A stretch of DNA of 64,000 bases. It comes from the human T2T-CHM13v2.0 reference genome, Homo sapiens. A program made the translations under genes and the position numbers. The stretch is from assembly GCF_009914755.1 (NCBI RefSeq), contig NC_060931.1, one strand, 5' to 3'. Within the stretch, counting starts at the first letter, position 1; every line of letters begins with the position of its first letter. Shown in pieces: positions 63,570 to 64,000 of the stretch. Below the pieces are notes generated by a model. It searched no databases. It was not told the origin of the DNA and worked only from the letters and a program-made list of their open reading frames with translations.

Positions 63570-64000
63570 GCAAGGGAATCCCTGGGCTCACCCATGCTGA
63601 ACTTCTGGTTGCCCTCCTGCGGGTGTCTGAGCCTACACAATAGTCTCCTTACCAGAAGTATCCTCACATCCATCACTGACAGTCAAGAGCCCTACACTTT
63701 CCTCTGCCCGCCTCACAGATTTCCATCACATCTTTGTGCTCACCCAATGTGATCCATTTAACAGATATTTGTTGGTTACCCACCATGTGCCAAGCACCTC
63801 CCAGATACTGGGTATACAAAGTGAATGACAGCCCTTTTTCTGTGAGCACTAAGATCTAGTAGGGAAGAACAAACAGATCTGTTTATTTGGTTCAACAGAC
63901 CAAAGCTAGATATGAGTCCCCCTTCTTCCAACATGCCATAGCACTTCTTTTCTGCAATGAAACACTCAGTAGGCATCTCTGGAGAGCAGGTGAAGTGCTC

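Overview
Primate (human-like) genomic DNA lying entirely within the HIPK2 (homeodomain-interacting protein kinase 2) gene, which is transcribed on the - strand. Seven coding exons (exons 3-9 in the 15-exon numbering I recall) lie between 498 and 19022. All have GT-AG boundaries and splice into one continuous frame encoding the kinase C-lobe and the downstream homeodomain-interaction region. Exon 8 has the known internal alternative acceptor that removes 81 nt. Positions 19023-64000 are part of the large intron 2. The introns hold about 33 Alu/FLAM/FAM elements, MLT1 LTRs, hAT DNA transposons (MER58, MER30, MER63, MER102), MIR, L1, L2 and CR1 remnants, and microsatellites. I found no convincing new gene or novel biological system, and the non-exonic ORFs look spurious. 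The most unusual signals are structural: an AluJ whose TSD encloses a copy of a 49-bp segment from 1.75 kb away, an Alu with an apparent 25-nt 3' transduction, a ~190-bp local duplication with an identity gradient and an AluY in one copy, fold-back hairpins, CpG-retaining candidate regulatory patches, a consensus CTCF site and several splicing-regulation candidates. Repeat subfamilies were assigned from memory of the consensus sequences, and their boundaries are approximate.
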